DNA from: Spirochaetia bacterium
GTDB lineage: Bacteria > Spirochaetota > Spirochaetia > DSM-2461
DNA: 64,000 nt
NCBI GenBank assembly: GCA_963668315.1
Contig: OY764216.1
Location: 2,112,001 to 2,176,000 of the forward strand
Direction: 5' to 3'
In this document: positions 39,686-49,997 of the stretch, piece by piece
How the letters are laid out: every line of letters begins with the position of its first letter
Numbering within the stretch: position 1 is the stretch's first letter
Made by a program: the position numbers and the translations under genes
Notes under the pieces: generated by a model
Databases searched by the model: none
The model's input: only the letters and a program-made list of their open reading frames with translations
What the model was told of the DNA's origin: nothing

Positions 39686-41032
39686 ATGATCATGAAAAAA
39701 TACAAAGCAGCCTTACTCGTTCTCCTCTTCTGCGTCGGGGGGCTTTCCGCCGAAGAGGTGCAGTTTGCCTTTCGTCTGGAAGATGAATATACCATGACGG
39801 AGCGGGCCGATTACAGCAAGAGGGTCAACGGGGTCTACCAGGGGTATGTCAACCGGGAAATACGGGGTGCCTTCCGTTCCAGGGAGGAGGAGCCGGGCGT
39901 CTTTCATGTGGAGGGAACATGGTTCCGCGCGCGGGAGATCCGAAAGGACGGACTGCTCAATGCCCTTCCCCTTGAACGGGTGGAGAAGGCTGAATTCATT
40001 CAGGACAGTCTGGGAAACACCCGGGTTTCCGGGCCCTTTCCCATTCTCAGAAATTTTCCCCGCTTTCCCAACGAACCGGTCGGACCGGGCGACAGCTGGG
40101 AAGCCCCCCTGGAAATGGTCATTTTCGATCAGGCGGGAGATCTGACGGCGGAACTTTCCCTTTACTGCGGTTATACCTACCAGGGGACCGATGTCTACAA
40201 AGAGAGACCGGTTCATGTCATTCAGGCCCAGTATGCCGTAAGGAAACGGGGTTACGACAGGAATATCGGGCTGATTATCGACGATGTCCAGGGTTCTCAC
40301 CGAGTGACCTTGATGATTGATCAGGAGACTATGAGCCCCATCCTGGCCAGGGACAGTTTCCAGGAAAACTGGGTCTATAAGGGAGGCCGGCGGGAAGAGT
40401 ACAAGGGGTTCAATCTTGTTTTCTACGAAGGCATAACCGGTATGGACCGTCCCGGTCTCCTCGACTCTCTGGCCAGGGGGCTGGGAGACGGCGCCGTACT
40501 GGCCAAGACCGATCCGTCCCCCGCCGGGGAAGGCCGGGGGGAAGGTTCCGACGGGAGCGAAACGGATCCCGCCGGGGAGGACTCATCTTCCCGGGGACAG
40601 GGGCTCCCTCTACCCGATGCAGCTGAACTGGCCGAAAGGGATAAATCCCTCTTCGAGCAGGATGTAACCCTCTACGAGAGGGAAGAGGGCGTCGCTCTCT
40701 CTTTGAACAATCTTCATTTTCTCCCCGATCAGGCTGTGATCCTGGCACAGGATTATCCCCTGCTGGACAGGATCGCACAGATGCTCAAGTCCGTACCAGA
40801 CAGAACGCTTCTGGTCAAGGGCTATACAGCCGATGTGGGTTCCATGGAGTCCCAGATGGTCCTCTCCCAGGAGAGAGCCAGGGTCGTGGTGGATGAAATG
40901 GTGTCCCGAGGGCTGGAGGCGGACCGTTTTGTTTTTATAGGTCTGGGGGGAGCGGAGCCGCTGGGAGACAACGGCACCGAAGAGGGCAGGAAACTCAACC
41001 GGAGGGTCGAGATCGTCATTATGGAGGACTGA
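39686..41032 (+). CDS. OmpA-family protein
   Basis: Signal peptide; C-terminal LHFLPD, GYTAD, LSQERA, NRRVEI. Confidence 0.88.
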   Translation: MIMKKYKAALLVLLFCVGGLSAEEVQFAFRLEDEYTMTERADYSKRVNGVYQGYVNREIRGAFRSREEEPGVFHVEGTWFRAREIRKDGLLNALPLERVEKAEFIQDSLGNTRVSGPFPILRNFPRFPNEPVGPGDSWEAPLEMVIFDQAGDLTAELSLYCGYTYQGTDVYKERPVHVIQAQYAVRKRGYDRNIGLIIDDVQGSHRVTLMIDQETMSPILARDSFQENWVYKGGRREEYKGFNLVFYEGITGMDRPGLLDSLARGLGDGAVLAKTDPSPAGEGRGEGSDGSETDPAGEDSSSRGQGLPLPDAAELAERDKSLFEQDVTLYEREEGVALSLNNLHFLPDQAVILAQDYPLLDRIAQMLKSVPDRTLLVKGYTADVGSMESQMVLSQERARVVVDEMVSRGLEADRFVFIGLGGAEPLGDNGTEEGRKLNRRVEIVIMED

Positions 41033-41034
41033 TC

Positions 41035-41067
41035 AGCCCGGGAAGCCGCCCCCCCCCCGGGCTTTCT
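41035..41067. terminator. Hairpin between convergent genes
   Basis: AGCCCGGG...CCCGGGCT stem. Confidence 0.55.
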
Positions 41068-41068
41068 C

Positions 41069-41935
41069 TCAGCTCAGTTCGATGGTGAACGCCGCCCGGA
41101 ATGTCTTGCCGGGAGCCAGAGGAAGCAGGCCTTCCTTTTCTCGCCAGTCACCCGAGTCGCCCTCGGTCGAATCCACTCCGTACCAGGGTTCCAGACAGAT
41201 AAAAGCCCCTTCGGGACCTCCCTTCTTCCAGATGCCGAAATAGGGGAATCCGGTAAAATCCATCGTAACCTTTCTTGAGCTCCCCGGCGTCATCAGGGTT
41301 ATGTGGTTTGATTGAACGTCATCCAGGATCAAAGCCCCCCGGTTGAAAAGTTCATGGGTCAGGGAGATGGTGTCCTCATCATTGAGCAGGTCTTCTCTTT
41401 CTCCGGTGAGAAGATCTTTTTTAAGGCGGCGGGAAAGGGTCTCTTTCTTCTCGAATACCAGACGGTACTCCTCAAAGGCCCGATCTGCCTCCAGGGGACA
41501 GCGGAATGCCGGGTGGGCCCCCAGAGAGAAAAGCATCTCGGCCTCTGAGCGGTTCGTTACGGCGTATTCCATGGTTAGGGTCGAGGAGGAGAGCCGGTAG
41601 GTCAGGTCCAGTTCGAAGTCATAGGGATAGCTTGCCTTTGTTTCCCCGTCGGAGAGGAGACGGAACGTGAGAAAATCCACTCCCCTGTCCGCCAGGGCAA
41701 AGTCCTTACGGCGGGCAACACCGTGGGAGGCAATTTCGTAGGATTTCCCGTCAAGGGTATATGAACCCCCGGGAACACCGCCTATGAGGGGGAACAGCAG
41801 GGGTGACTGGCCGGTCCAGGACTTCTCATCCCCCTGCCAGAGATACTCCCGGCCCTCGAGCTGAAAACTGGTCAGTTCCGCTCCCTTCTCCTTGACCTCT
41901 ATCTTCAGCCGGTCCTTTTCAAGCGTGTGATTCAT
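41069..41935 (-). CDS. Aldose 1-epimerase family protein (LacX-like)
   Basis: EYLWQGD, PLLFP, HGVAR, GAHPAF, FICLEPW. Confidence 0.88.
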   Translation of the reverse strand: MNHTLEKDRLKIEVKEKGAELTSFQLEGREYLWQGDEKSWTGQSPLLFPLIGGVPGGSYTLDGKSYEIASHGVARRKDFALADRGVDFLTFRLLSDGETKASYPYDFELDLTYRLSSSTLTMEYAVTNRSEAEMLFSLGAHPAFRCPLEADRAFEEYRLVFEKKETLSRRLKKDLLTGEREDLLNDEDTISLTHELFNRGALILDDVQSNHITLMTPGSSRKVTMDFTGFPYFGIWKKGGPEGAFICLEPWYGVDSTEGDSGDWREKEGLLPLAPGKTFRAAFTIELS

Positions 41936-41937
41936 TA

Positions 41938-42705
41938 TTATCTCGCCAGCCATCCGCCATCCACGTTGATGACGGCACCGTGGATATAAGCCGCGGCGGG
42001 AGAACAGAGAAACAGAACCGTTCCCGCGATGTCGTCCGCATTGCCCCAGCGTCCGGCGGGAATTCTTTCCAGTATCTGGCGGCTGCGCGTATCGTCGTTT
42101 CTCAGCGCTTCGGTGTTGTCCGTATCGATGTAGCCGGGAGCCACGGCGTTCACGTTTACCCCTTTGGACGCCCATTCACAGGCCAGGGCTTTCGTCAGCT
42201 GGCCGATGGCGCCTTTGCTTGAGGAGTACCCGGGAACGTTGATTCCTCCCTGGAAAGTAAGAAGAGAGGCGGTATTGACGATCTTACCGTAGCCTCTTTC
42301 CACCATGTCCCGGCCGAATTCGCGGGAGAGCAGGAAGGGGGCATCGATATTGACCTTCATGACGCTGTCCCAGTACTCATCGGGGTGTTCCGCCGCCGGT
42401 TTACGCAGGATCGTGCCCGCATTGTTTATGAGAATATCCACGGGGGGATGGTTTTTCTTGATTGATTCGACCAGGGAATAAAGAGCTTTTCTGTCCCCCA
42501 GGTCGCAGGGGTAGGCCGTTGCCTTAACCCCCATGGAGGCGATGCTCGTGATAACCTCATCTTTTTCGGAAATGCTGGCGGATACGGCGATGATATCGGC
42601 TCCCGCACCGGCCAGGGCTTCCGCTATGGCCCGTCCGATTCCCCGTTTGGCTCCCGTAACCAGGGCCGTTTTTCCCTGTAAATCAAAGTCCAGCAGATTT
42701 TTCAT
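41938..42705 (-). CDS. kduD: SDR oxidoreductase, 2-deoxy-D-gluconate 3-dehydrogenase-like
   Basis: TGAKRGIG, ASLLTFQGG, YSSSK, VDGGWLAR. Confidence 0.8.
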   Translation of the reverse strand: MKNLLDFDLQGKTALVTGAKRGIGRAIAEALAGAGADIIAVSASISEKDEVITSIASMGVKATAYPCDLGDRKALYSLVESIKKNHPPVDILINNAGTILRKPAAEHPDEYWDSVMKVNIDAPFLLSREFGRDMVERGYGKIVNTASLLTFQGGINVPGYSSSKGAIGQLTKALACEWASKGVNVNAVAPGYIDTDNTEALRNDDTRSRQILERIPAGRWGNADDIAGTVLFLCSPAAAYIHGAVINVDGGWLAR

Positions 42706-42800
42706 TTCACATTCCTTTTATTGGTTGTTTTATGCCATAGAATAGCATAAGTGCCGTCGGCCCGGCTATAGGATCTCGCCCTCCCCGGGGGGAGATATTT

Positions 42801-43481
42801 TTATTCGTAGAAATATTCCGGAAGGGTTCTGACTCTTTCCAGAGCTTCCCTGCGGCTGGTGACTTCCAGCTTAGAATAAATCGTGCTGATGTAGTTCCTG
42901 ATCGTCTGATCTCCCACATGGATTTTGTCGGCTATTTCTCCGTTGGTGAGCTCGCTGAGCATATAGCGCAGAATCTGCTTTTCCCGGGGACTCAGCTCGC
43001 CGTACCAGAGGGGCATCTCCCGGCGGCTGCTGCGAAAAGCATCCTTTTCGTTATCGTAGACATGGTTTATAAGACTGCCGGCCACTTTGGGAGAAATAAG
43101 AATGGAGCCGGCCGCCACGGCCTTAATGCTGGATACCAGCATGGGGGGATCGATATTTTTAAGCATGTAGCCTTCCGCCCCGGCGGTCATGGCCTCTTTG
43201 ACGTAATCGTCGTCTTCGAAGGTCGTGAGCATGATAATCTTCACATGGGGTGATCTTTTCTTTATGGCGCGGACGGCGGCCACACCGTCCATGACGGGCA
43301 TGCGGACGTCCATGAGGATAATCTGGGGATCCATCGCTTCGTAATTTTTCAAGGCGTCATCTCCGTTCTCCGCGATTCCCACTACCTTGATATCCTCATT
43401 CTGGTTCTCCAGTACGATTCTAAGGCTTTCGAGGAAAAGACGCTGATCGTCCACCAGCATCAACCGGATTATTCCGTCCAT
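42801..43481 (-). CDS. NarL/LuxR-family response regulator
   Basis: LVDDQ, LMDVRMP, LTTFE; LSPREKQIL HTH. Confidence 0.92.
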   Translation of the reverse strand: MDGIIRLMLVDDQRLFLESLRIVLENQNEDIKVVGIAENGDDALKNYEAMDPQIILMDVRMPVMDGVAAVRAIKKRSPHVKIIMLTTFEDDDYVKEAMTAGAEGYMLKNIDPPMLVSSIKAVAAGSILISPKVAGSLINHVYDNEKDAFRSSRREMPLWYGELSPREKQILRYMLSELTNGEIADKIHVGDQTIRNYISTIYSKLEVTSRREALERVRTLPEYFYE

Positions 43482-44716
43482 AGGGCCTCCCCGTAATTTT
43501 CGGGCATGCGGGCCCGAATCATGAAGCCGCTCTTCAAATTCACCGCTTCCAGTTCACCGCCGACTTCGGCCAGCCTTTCGGACATGCCCGAGAGCCCCAC
43601 TCCCTCTACTATTTTCTCTGCGCCGCGCCCGTTGTCCTCTATGACGGTGAGCCAGCTATCTTTCTCTTTCCAGAAATGGATATCTATCTGAGTGGCCATC
43701 CCGTGGCGGAAGGCATTTGTCATTCCCTCCTGGATAATTCTGTAGAGCGCTTTGGTCTGCCGCGTGTCCAGGCCGTCGGGGAAATAGGTATAATCCACTC
43801 TGACTTCCACCGAAGAGAGCTGCTCGAAGGTCTCCGTCAATTTCTGAATCAGCCTTATGGGGGCTTCCCTTTCTATATGGGAAGAATGGAGACTCCTGAG
43901 GGTCGTCCTCGCTTCGGCTATTCCCTTTTCTATCTGCACTTTCGACTCCTTGAGGATCTCCTCGAGGCGGGCGTCATTCCTGTTTTCCATGGAAAGGACG
44001 GCCTGTACGATCATGAGCTGATTGGTCATGGTGTATCCCACGATGTCGTGAATCTCCCGGGATATGCGCCGGCGCTCCTTGTTTATTCCCTCCGATTCCA
44101 TTTGGACGGCATGGCTCTGGTAGTCCAGATTCACTTCGGTGAGCCGGTTTAGCGCCCTGTCCAGGCGGGTGAGGTCTTTTCTGTTCTGCTCCAGCTTGAG
44201 CGTCCTCTGCTTGAGCAGAACGGCCATGATGAGGATGGTGAACAGAAAAAGCCCCATAAGGAGCAGGGAATAGCGTCCGGGTGAGGCGACGGTGACGTCC
44301 CATGATTGATTTTCCCCCTGGGAGGAGAGAATGATAATCGATAGGAGAAGGGAGAGGAATATGCCCTCTCTGAAATCCAGGTAGAAGACGGCCTCTATGA
44401 TGATAAGGCCGGTAAGGTACATTTCCGGTGCGTAATAGCTGCCCAGGGGATAACCGAGCAGCAGGGTGGTTAAGAAACGCAGGAGTATGAGAACCAGGCT
44501 GGCCCGGCTGTTTTCCAGGAAGAATCCGGCGATGGAGCAGAGAAGGGAGAAGAGCAGTAAAGCGGTAAACTGATGGGACCAGTGGGCGGGTAGGAATAAT
44601 CCCTCCTCAAGGCTCCGGTAGTCCCAGTACAGGGCGACATGTATGGCCAAAGCCAGGATCAGGAGGAAAAGGGAGTATCCCTTATGAAATAGGTATTTTC
44701 GGCCGGCGGAAGTCAT
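43469..44716 (-). CDS. Membrane sensor histidine kinase (HisKA_3)
   Basis: ERRRISREIHDIVGYTMT, QEGMTNAFRHG, DNGRG; start uncertain. Confidence 0.88.
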   Translation of the reverse strand: MTSAGRKYLFHKGYSLFLLILALAIHVALYWDYRSLEEGLFLPAHWSHQFTALLLFSLLCSIAGFFLENSRASLVLILLRFLTTLLLGYPLGSYYAPEMYLTGLIIIEAVFYLDFREGIFLSLLLSIIILSSQGENQSWDVTVASPGRYSLLLMGLFLFTILIMAVLLKQRTLKLEQNRKDLTRLDRALNRLTEVNLDYQSHAVQMESEGINKERRRISREIHDIVGYTMTNQLMIVQAVLSMENRNDARLEEILKESKVQIEKGIAEARTTLRSLHSSHIEREAPIRLIQKLTETFEQLSSVEVRVDYTYFPDGLDTRQTKALYRIIQEGMTNAFRHGMATQIDIHFWKEKDSWLTVIEDNGRGAEKIVEGVGLSGMSERLAEVGGELEAVNLKSGFMIRARMPENYGEALWTE

Positions 44717-44781
44717 CGTAGGAGGATTATACCATAAAATCCTGCCGGAGCCGATCCTTATTGCCATGTCCTGCGGTTCTG

Positions 44782-45615
44782 TCAGCCCTTGATCGCTCCC
44801 GCGGTCAGTCCTTCGATGAATTGTTTGGACATCATCAGATAAAGGGCCATGACCGGGACCGCGGAGAGGGTGAGCACGGCGAGAATCCGGGACCAGTCTG
44901 TCTGGTATTGTCCGAAGAGCCGGGTCACACCGAGAATCAGCGTTTTATGCTCTTCCCGGTTAATAAACAGCAGGGGAAACCAGAGGTCGTTCCAGAAGGG
45001 AACGAGATTGAATATGGCCACCGTCCCCAGGGCCGGGCGCAGCAGAGGAACCAGAATCGATCGGTATATGCGGAACCGCCCCGCCCCGTCTATGGTGGCG
45101 GCCTCCGTCAGATCGTCGGGAATCTGGCGTATGAATTCGCTCAGAACGAATACGGCGATAGGCATTCCCATGGCAACATATACGGGGTAAAGGCTCCAGA
45201 ATGTATTGAGAAGTCCCAGCGTATTGATTATCTGCAGAAGATTAATACTCCCTATGCGGATGGGGAACATCATTCCGGCGATGATGAAGCCGTATATCCA
45301 TCGGGAGGCTTTGCTTTTCCAGTTGACCAGAGCATAGGCGGCCAGGGAACCGAAAAAGAGTATCAGCAGTATGGAGCCGATGGTGACCAGCAGGGAGTTG
45401 CGGAAATACAGGGGGAATTCGCTGTTTTTCAAAACCGTCAGATAACTCTGGAAATTCCACTTAGGGGGAAGCCAGAAGGGATTTTTGTAAATGTCCAGCT
45501 TCATTTTCAGAGAGTTGATAATCATGGTCCAAACGGGGAAGAGGACCATAAGCGTCCAGAATCCCAGGAAGATATGGGGCAGTATATTTTTCTCTTTTCC
45601 TCTCTCTTTCATCAT
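44782..45615 (-). CDS. Carbohydrate ABC transporter permease
   Basis: EAATIDGA motif, WND, GLTAGAIKG. Confidence 0.92.
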   Translation of the reverse strand: MMKERGKEKNILPHIFLGFWTLMVLFPVWTMIINSLKMKLDIYKNPFWLPPKWNFQSYLTVLKNSEFPLYFRNSLLVTIGSILLILFFGSLAAYALVNWKSKASRWIYGFIIAGMMFPIRIGSINLLQIINTLGLLNTFWSLYPVYVAMGMPIAVFVLSEFIRQIPDDLTEAATIDGAGRFRIYRSILVPLLRPALGTVAIFNLVPFWNDLWFPLLFINREEHKTLILGVTRLFGQYQTDWSRILAVLTLSAVPVMALYLMMSKQFIEGLTAGAIKG

Positions 45616-46544
45616 TTTTCCTCCCGGTTGGCTATACTCATTATGAGAGCGACTCCCACGGCCAGCAGCAAAAAGGTCAGGGTGGCCACGGCCGCTCCCA
45701 TTCCCCTGTCCGGAATGCCCACGGGATGCTGGCCGGCTATGCCGATGCGGTAGAAGAAGGTTCCCATTATATCGGTGGCGAATTGGGGCGCCCCGTTAAC
45801 ATTCTCCATGGCGAAGACGACATCGAAGGCGTTGAAGTTGTTCACGAAGGTGAGAATGGCCACTATCCCTATGATGGGGCGGAGCAGGGGGAGCTTGATT
45901 TTCCAGAACATTTTCCAGGGGGATGCCCCGTCGATGGCCGCCGCTTCGAAGAGATCCTCGGATATGTTCTGAAGGCCGGCGAGGAACATCATCGTAGGCA
46001 TTCCCACCCATTGCCAGGAGGATACGAGGGAGATTGTTACAAGGGCCGTATTCGGTTCCCCCAGCCAGGCGAAGGGTTCCGCCATCAGGCCCAGCTTACC
46101 AAGGAGAAGGTTCAGAGCGCCCCACTGGGGATTGAGGATAAGCTTCCAGAGGTAACCGGTTACGAGAATGGAGAGCGTGGCGGGAAGGAAGATCACCGTC
46201 CGGTAGAAGTCGCTTCCCTTCAGGCCCTTGCTGGTCAGAAGATTGGCGAAGAGAAGACCCAGCACATTCTGTATGACCATGTGGATCCCGAAAAAGACCC
46301 AGGTATTTTTAAAGGCGCCCCAGTAGCGTTCGGAAATCTGGGGATCCTTGAATAGTCGGATATAGTTGTCAAAACCGATAAACCGGGTAAGCTCGAATCC
46401 CGAACCGGTGAAGAAGGAAAGCCTGAGCGAATTCAGGAGAGGATAAGCCATAAAAAAGGTGTAGACGAGCAGGGCGGGAAGAAGGTAGAACACCCACGTC
46501 CAGTTTCTCCCTTTTCTTTTTCTGTTTGTTTTCTCGGATAACAT
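45612..46544 (-). CDS. Carbohydrate ABC transporter permease
   Basis: EAAAIDGA, FLAGLQ. Confidence 0.92.
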   Translation of the reverse strand: MLSEKTNRKRKGRNWTWVFYLLPALLVYTFFMAYPLLNSLRLSFFTGSGFELTRFIGFDNYIRLFKDPQISERYWGAFKNTWVFFGIHMVIQNVLGLLFANLLTSKGLKGSDFYRTVIFLPATLSILVTGYLWKLILNPQWGALNLLLGKLGLMAEPFAWLGEPNTALVTISLVSSWQWVGMPTMMFLAGLQNISEDLFEAAAIDGASPWKMFWKIKLPLLRPIIGIVAILTFVNNFNAFDVVFAMENVNGAPQFATDIMGTFFYRIGIAGQHPVGIPDRGMGAAVATLTFLLLAVGVALIMSIANREEK

Positions 46545-46560
46545 GATGAGTCCTCGGAAT

Positions 46561-46597
46561 AGCTCCGCCCCTTACGGGAGAGACGGAGCTTTTTTTT
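46561..46597. terminator. Intercistronic stem-loop after the binding-protein gene
   Basis: AGCTCCG...CGGAGCT stem. Confidence 0.55.
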
Positions 46598-46615
46598 AGG
46601 TGATCTATTGAATTT

Positions 46616-47890
46616 TTACTGAGCGGGCGGATACCATTGGGCCAATCCTTCGGCGAAGGCGTCGGCGGCCTGCCTGGGAGTCAGCTCGTCGGTAAGCACT
46701 TCGATAGAGCCGTTCATCATCAAGTCGTAACCGCTGGGCGTTCCGCCCAGGAGTTCGGGCCATGCCCAGCGGACATCGGTTCCCCGTCCCTTGTTCATCG
46801 CCAGGAAGCTGTTGGCATGGGCATCGGGGATATCGATGGCATTGGAGGACATGGGAAAAAACCCCGTAGGCAGATATTCGGCCAGAACCTTGGCTCCCTC
46901 TTCCGTACTGAGCCAGGCGAGGAAAGCCTTGGCTTCTTCGGGATGCTCCGTCGCCGTGTTCATGGTCATGCCCGCATCGGCGTGGAAGCAGACATAACCC
47001 TTGTCTCCCTTGTGGGGAACGGGGGGAGGGAAGACATCCCATGCGAAGTCTACGCCGTCATAGGTTCCGATGGACCAGGACCCGTCGAAATACATGGCCG
47101 CCTGCCCAGTGGCGAAAAGGGCGTTTGAGTCGTTATATCCCAGCGCTTTGTATCCGGAAGGCAAATAGGGCTGCAGGGAGTCCATGGCTTCGAAGAGGGC
47201 CACGACTTCGGGCCCGTTGAACTTCTTCTCTCCCCGCTCGTAGGCCAGACGACCTTCGTAACCGCCGATGAAATTAGGGGCGATGCTCATGAAAACCACT
47301 TCGGCGATGTCCCATTCGTCGGCCAGTCCATTGGCGAAGGGAATATAGCCGGCGGCCTGAATCTTCCCGGCGGCAGCGAGCAGTTCGTCCCAGGTCTCGG
47401 GAACGGAAACTCCTGCTTCGGCGAAGATATCCTTATTGTAGTATACCCCGTGGGAAACGGCTACGAAAGGCACGGCGAACGAGCGTCCGTCCGGCGTGGC
47501 CCAGGGGGATCTGGTCCCCTCGTCATAGGCCGTCTGCACGCCGGGCACATCGCTCACATCGGCGAAGTGACCGTCTTCGAAGAGCTGGAGGCCCGTGGCG
47601 TAAGAGCGGGCGTACATAAGGTCCGGGCCGGTTCCGCTCTCCAGCTGCAGACGCAGGGTCGCGTTATAATCCGGGGGATTCGTGGGCTGGAACTGAATTT
47701 CAATCCCCGGATGGGTTTCACTGAATGCGGACAGCACCCCGTTCATCTGTTCCACGTCGTCGGTTCTCCAGGAGCCCATCGTCAGGACTACCTTGTCTGA
47801 AGCGGATGTTCCCTCTTTTCCGCCGTTGGCAAAAAGCCCGGCCGATAAGAGTACCAATGTCATGAGAAAAAGCAGCAGTTTTTTCATCAT
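46616..47890 (-). CDS. Sugar ABC transporter substrate-binding protein
   Basis: FANGGKE signal region, YYNKDIF, PETWDEL, AMYFDGSW. Confidence 0.9.
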   Translation of the reverse strand: MMKKLLLFLMTLVLLSAGLFANGGKEGTSASDKVVLTMGSWRTDDVEQMNGVLSAFSETHPGIEIQFQPTNPPDYNATLRLQLESGTGPDLMYARSYATGLQLFEDGHFADVSDVPGVQTAYDEGTRSPWATPDGRSFAVPFVAVSHGVYYNKDIFAEAGVSVPETWDELLAAAGKIQAAGYIPFANGLADEWDIAEVVFMSIAPNFIGGYEGRLAYERGEKKFNGPEVVALFEAMDSLQPYLPSGYKALGYNDSNALFATGQAAMYFDGSWSIGTYDGVDFAWDVFPPPVPHKGDKGYVCFHADAGMTMNTATEHPEEAKAFLAWLSTEEGAKVLAEYLPTGFFPMSSNAIDIPDAHANSFLAMNKGRGTDVRWAWPELLGGTPSGYDLMMNGSIEVLTDELTPRQAADAFAEGLAQWYPPAQ

Positions 47891-48042
47891 CCTATCTCCT
47901 TCATTATTTTTCTGATAAAATAATATCCTTTTAAAAAAAGCGGGAATAGTTACATTTGTACTCAGTTGTGTACTTTTCCCGGTGTAATTGCCGGTTCAAG
48001 GGGATTCTTGACAGAAGGGTGAGGGGGTCTTAGAATCGGTTT

Positions 48043-48933
48043 ATGACATTAGCCTATTACAACAAACCCTTTTCCCCCGATGTGATCGCCGGTTTCTTCC
48101 GTGCGATCGTCCGCGTGCCCGGGGCTCTTTTAGCGGTTTTACTGACTTTTCTTGTCTTCATCCCGATTAATCTTGTTTTACCGCCCGAACCGCGCCGGAA
48201 GAACCGGGCGGCCTTCCAGAAGTTCCTCATGTCCCTTCTGCTGCGTATTCTGGGGGTGCGGGTGATTAGGAAAGGGACTCCTCCCGCTGAAAAATCCTTC
48301 TTCATCGCAAACCATCTGGGGGTGATCGACGTCTTTACGGTCATGGCCGAGACGGGGGCGAGACTGATCGCCAAGGATTCCCTGAGCCGTATCCCCCTTT
48401 TCGGGACGTTCATGAAGCTTTTCGGCGTGATATTCATCCGCAGGGACAGTCTGGAAGATATGCACCGGGTTGCCGAAGAGATGAAAAAAGCCTATGACGA
48501 AGGCGACCCTCTGGCCTTTTTTCCCGAAGGGACTACTTCCCGGGGCGAGGGAATACGGACTTTTCTAGGGGCTCTGTTCCTGCCTGCCGTTCTTTCCGGG
48601 GCTCCCGTTTATTACGCGACCATACGCTTCCATGTCCCCTCTCCCCGCTGGCCCCTCGCCAGTGTCTGCGCCTGTCAGGTGGGGGGAACCAACTTTATCC
48701 GCCACCTCGTTCTCCTGGCATTCCTGCCCCGCACCGAGGTTCACATCACCTACGGAGAAGAGCCCCTTGCCGGTCTGCGCAGGAAGGAGCTTGTCAGCGC
48801 GCTGGAAAGCAGGATGATCGGTCAGTTTCAGGTAATGGATCAGCTCTCCGATGATGAGCTCAAAGAGCTCTTTCCCCCTTCTGCCAGGGAGTCCCTCAAG
48901 CTAAAGTCCCGTCCCTTCCTGGAGAAAAGGTGA
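48043..48933 (+). CDS. PlsC-family lysophospholipid acyltransferase
   Basis: NHLGVID (HX4D), FIRR, FFPEGT. Confidence 0.88.
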   Translation: MTLAYYNKPFSPDVIAGFFRAIVRVPGALLAVLLTFLVFIPINLVLPPEPRRKNRAAFQKFLMSLLLRILGVRVIRKGTPPAEKSFFIANHLGVIDVFTVMAETGARLIAKDSLSRIPLFGTFMKLFGVIFIRRDSLEDMHRVAEEMKKAYDEGDPLAFFPEGTTSRGEGIRTFLGALFLPAVLSGAPVYYATIRFHVPSPRWPLASVCACQVGGTNFIRHLVLLAFLPRTEVHITYGEEPLAGLRRKELVSALESRMIGQFQVMDQLSDDELKELFPPSARESLKLKSRPFLEKR

Positions 48934-49997
48934 TGGATATTCTCAATTTTACCCGGGAGGGAATGATTCAGATGGTCGCCGACCGGTACGGCCGGGGGGA
49001 GTGGCACGGGGACGGACTATTTTCCCACCTCTACGAAAAGGGGACCCTGGCGGGATTGGAGGAACACAAGGCTTTCCGGGATAATCCGGCCCTGGCCGGG
49101 AAAATACGGAAGGATTGGTCCTTTGAACTGCCGCGGCCCGGAGGAGAAGCCGGAGAGGAGGGAACGGTGAAAGCGCTTCTGAACTATTCCGATCCTCCGG
49201 GAGGATCAAGTGAATCGGTCTTTATCCCCATGCACGGCCATAACACCCTGTGCCTTTCCTCCCAGGTGGGATGCGCCCGGGGGTGTTCCTTCTGCCGTAC
49301 CGCCCGGATGGGGCTTGTGAGAAACCTTGAGGCGGGGGAAATTACCGCCCAGTTTCTCCATCACCGCTTCAGGGAGAAGAGGGATATCAGGAATGTGGTT
49401 TTTATGGGAATGGGGGAACCCTTCGACAATTTCGATAATGTGATGAAAACCGTGGATATTCTGTCCGACCCGCATGGAGTCAACCTCTTCAAGCGGTTTA
49501 TCTCCCTCTCCACCTGCGGGCACGGCGATGGTCTGGCACGGCTCGCCCGGCTGATAGAAGAGAAGCCCGAAGAGGGATACGGTTCTCTCCGCATCGCCCT
49601 GAGCGTCAACGCTTCCCGGAATGATCTGAGAAGCCGCCTGATGCCGGTAAACAGAATCTGGCCTTTGGAAATCCTCAGGGAACGTCTGGCCGCCCTTCCC
49701 CAGAGCACGAAAAAAGACCGCCTCTATTTCGAATATGTCCTGATCCGCGGCGTCAATGATACCCGGAGGGATGCCGATGACCTGCTGGCTTTTCTGGACG
49801 GCCTGGGGGGGAAGGTGAATCTTATTCCCCTGCACGGAGGAGAAAACGTTCCCTCCGCCGAAGAACTGGACCGTTTCTGGCAGTGGATCATCCAGGGAGG
49901 GCGGGAGTGCCGGACCCGCAAGAGCAAAGGCAAGGATATCCTGGCGGCCTGCGGACAGCTGGCTGCCGGTCAGGCCGGATCGTCATCCCCGGAATAA
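48930..49997 (+). CDS. rlmN: RlmN-like radical SAM RNA methyltransferase
   Basis: TLCLSSQVGCARGCSFC, MGMGEP, AACGQL. Confidence 0.85.
   Translation: MMDILNFTREGMIQMVADRYGRGEWHGDGLFSHLYEKGTLAGLEEHKAFRDNPALAGKIRKDWSFELPRPGGEAGEEGTVKALLNYSDPPGGSSESVFIPMHGHNTLCLSSQVGCARGCSFCRTARMGLVRNLEAGEITAQFLHHRFREKRDIRNVVFMGMGEPFDNFDNVMKTVDILSDPHGVNLFKRFISLSTCGHGDGLARLARLIEEKPEEGYGSLRIALSVNASRNDLRSRLMPVNRIWPLEILRERLAALPQSTKKDRLYFEYVLIRGVNDTRRDADDLLAFLDGLGGKVNLIPLHGGENVPSAEELDRFWQWIIQGGRECRTRKSKGKDILAACGQLAAGQAGSSSPE

Noticed and set aside
44782..47890. Sugar ABC cluster lacking an ATPase
   Set aside because: Common; such systems share an ATPase encoded elsewhere
47949..47982. Possible NarL-type operators upstream of the sugar-binding protein gene
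   Set aside because: Only one reasonable palindrome (GTTAC-N4-GTACT); the second is too degenerate to call
48930..49997. Possible Cfr resistance methyltransferase
   Set aside because: TLCLSSQVGC motif and chromosomal context fit RlmN-like proteins
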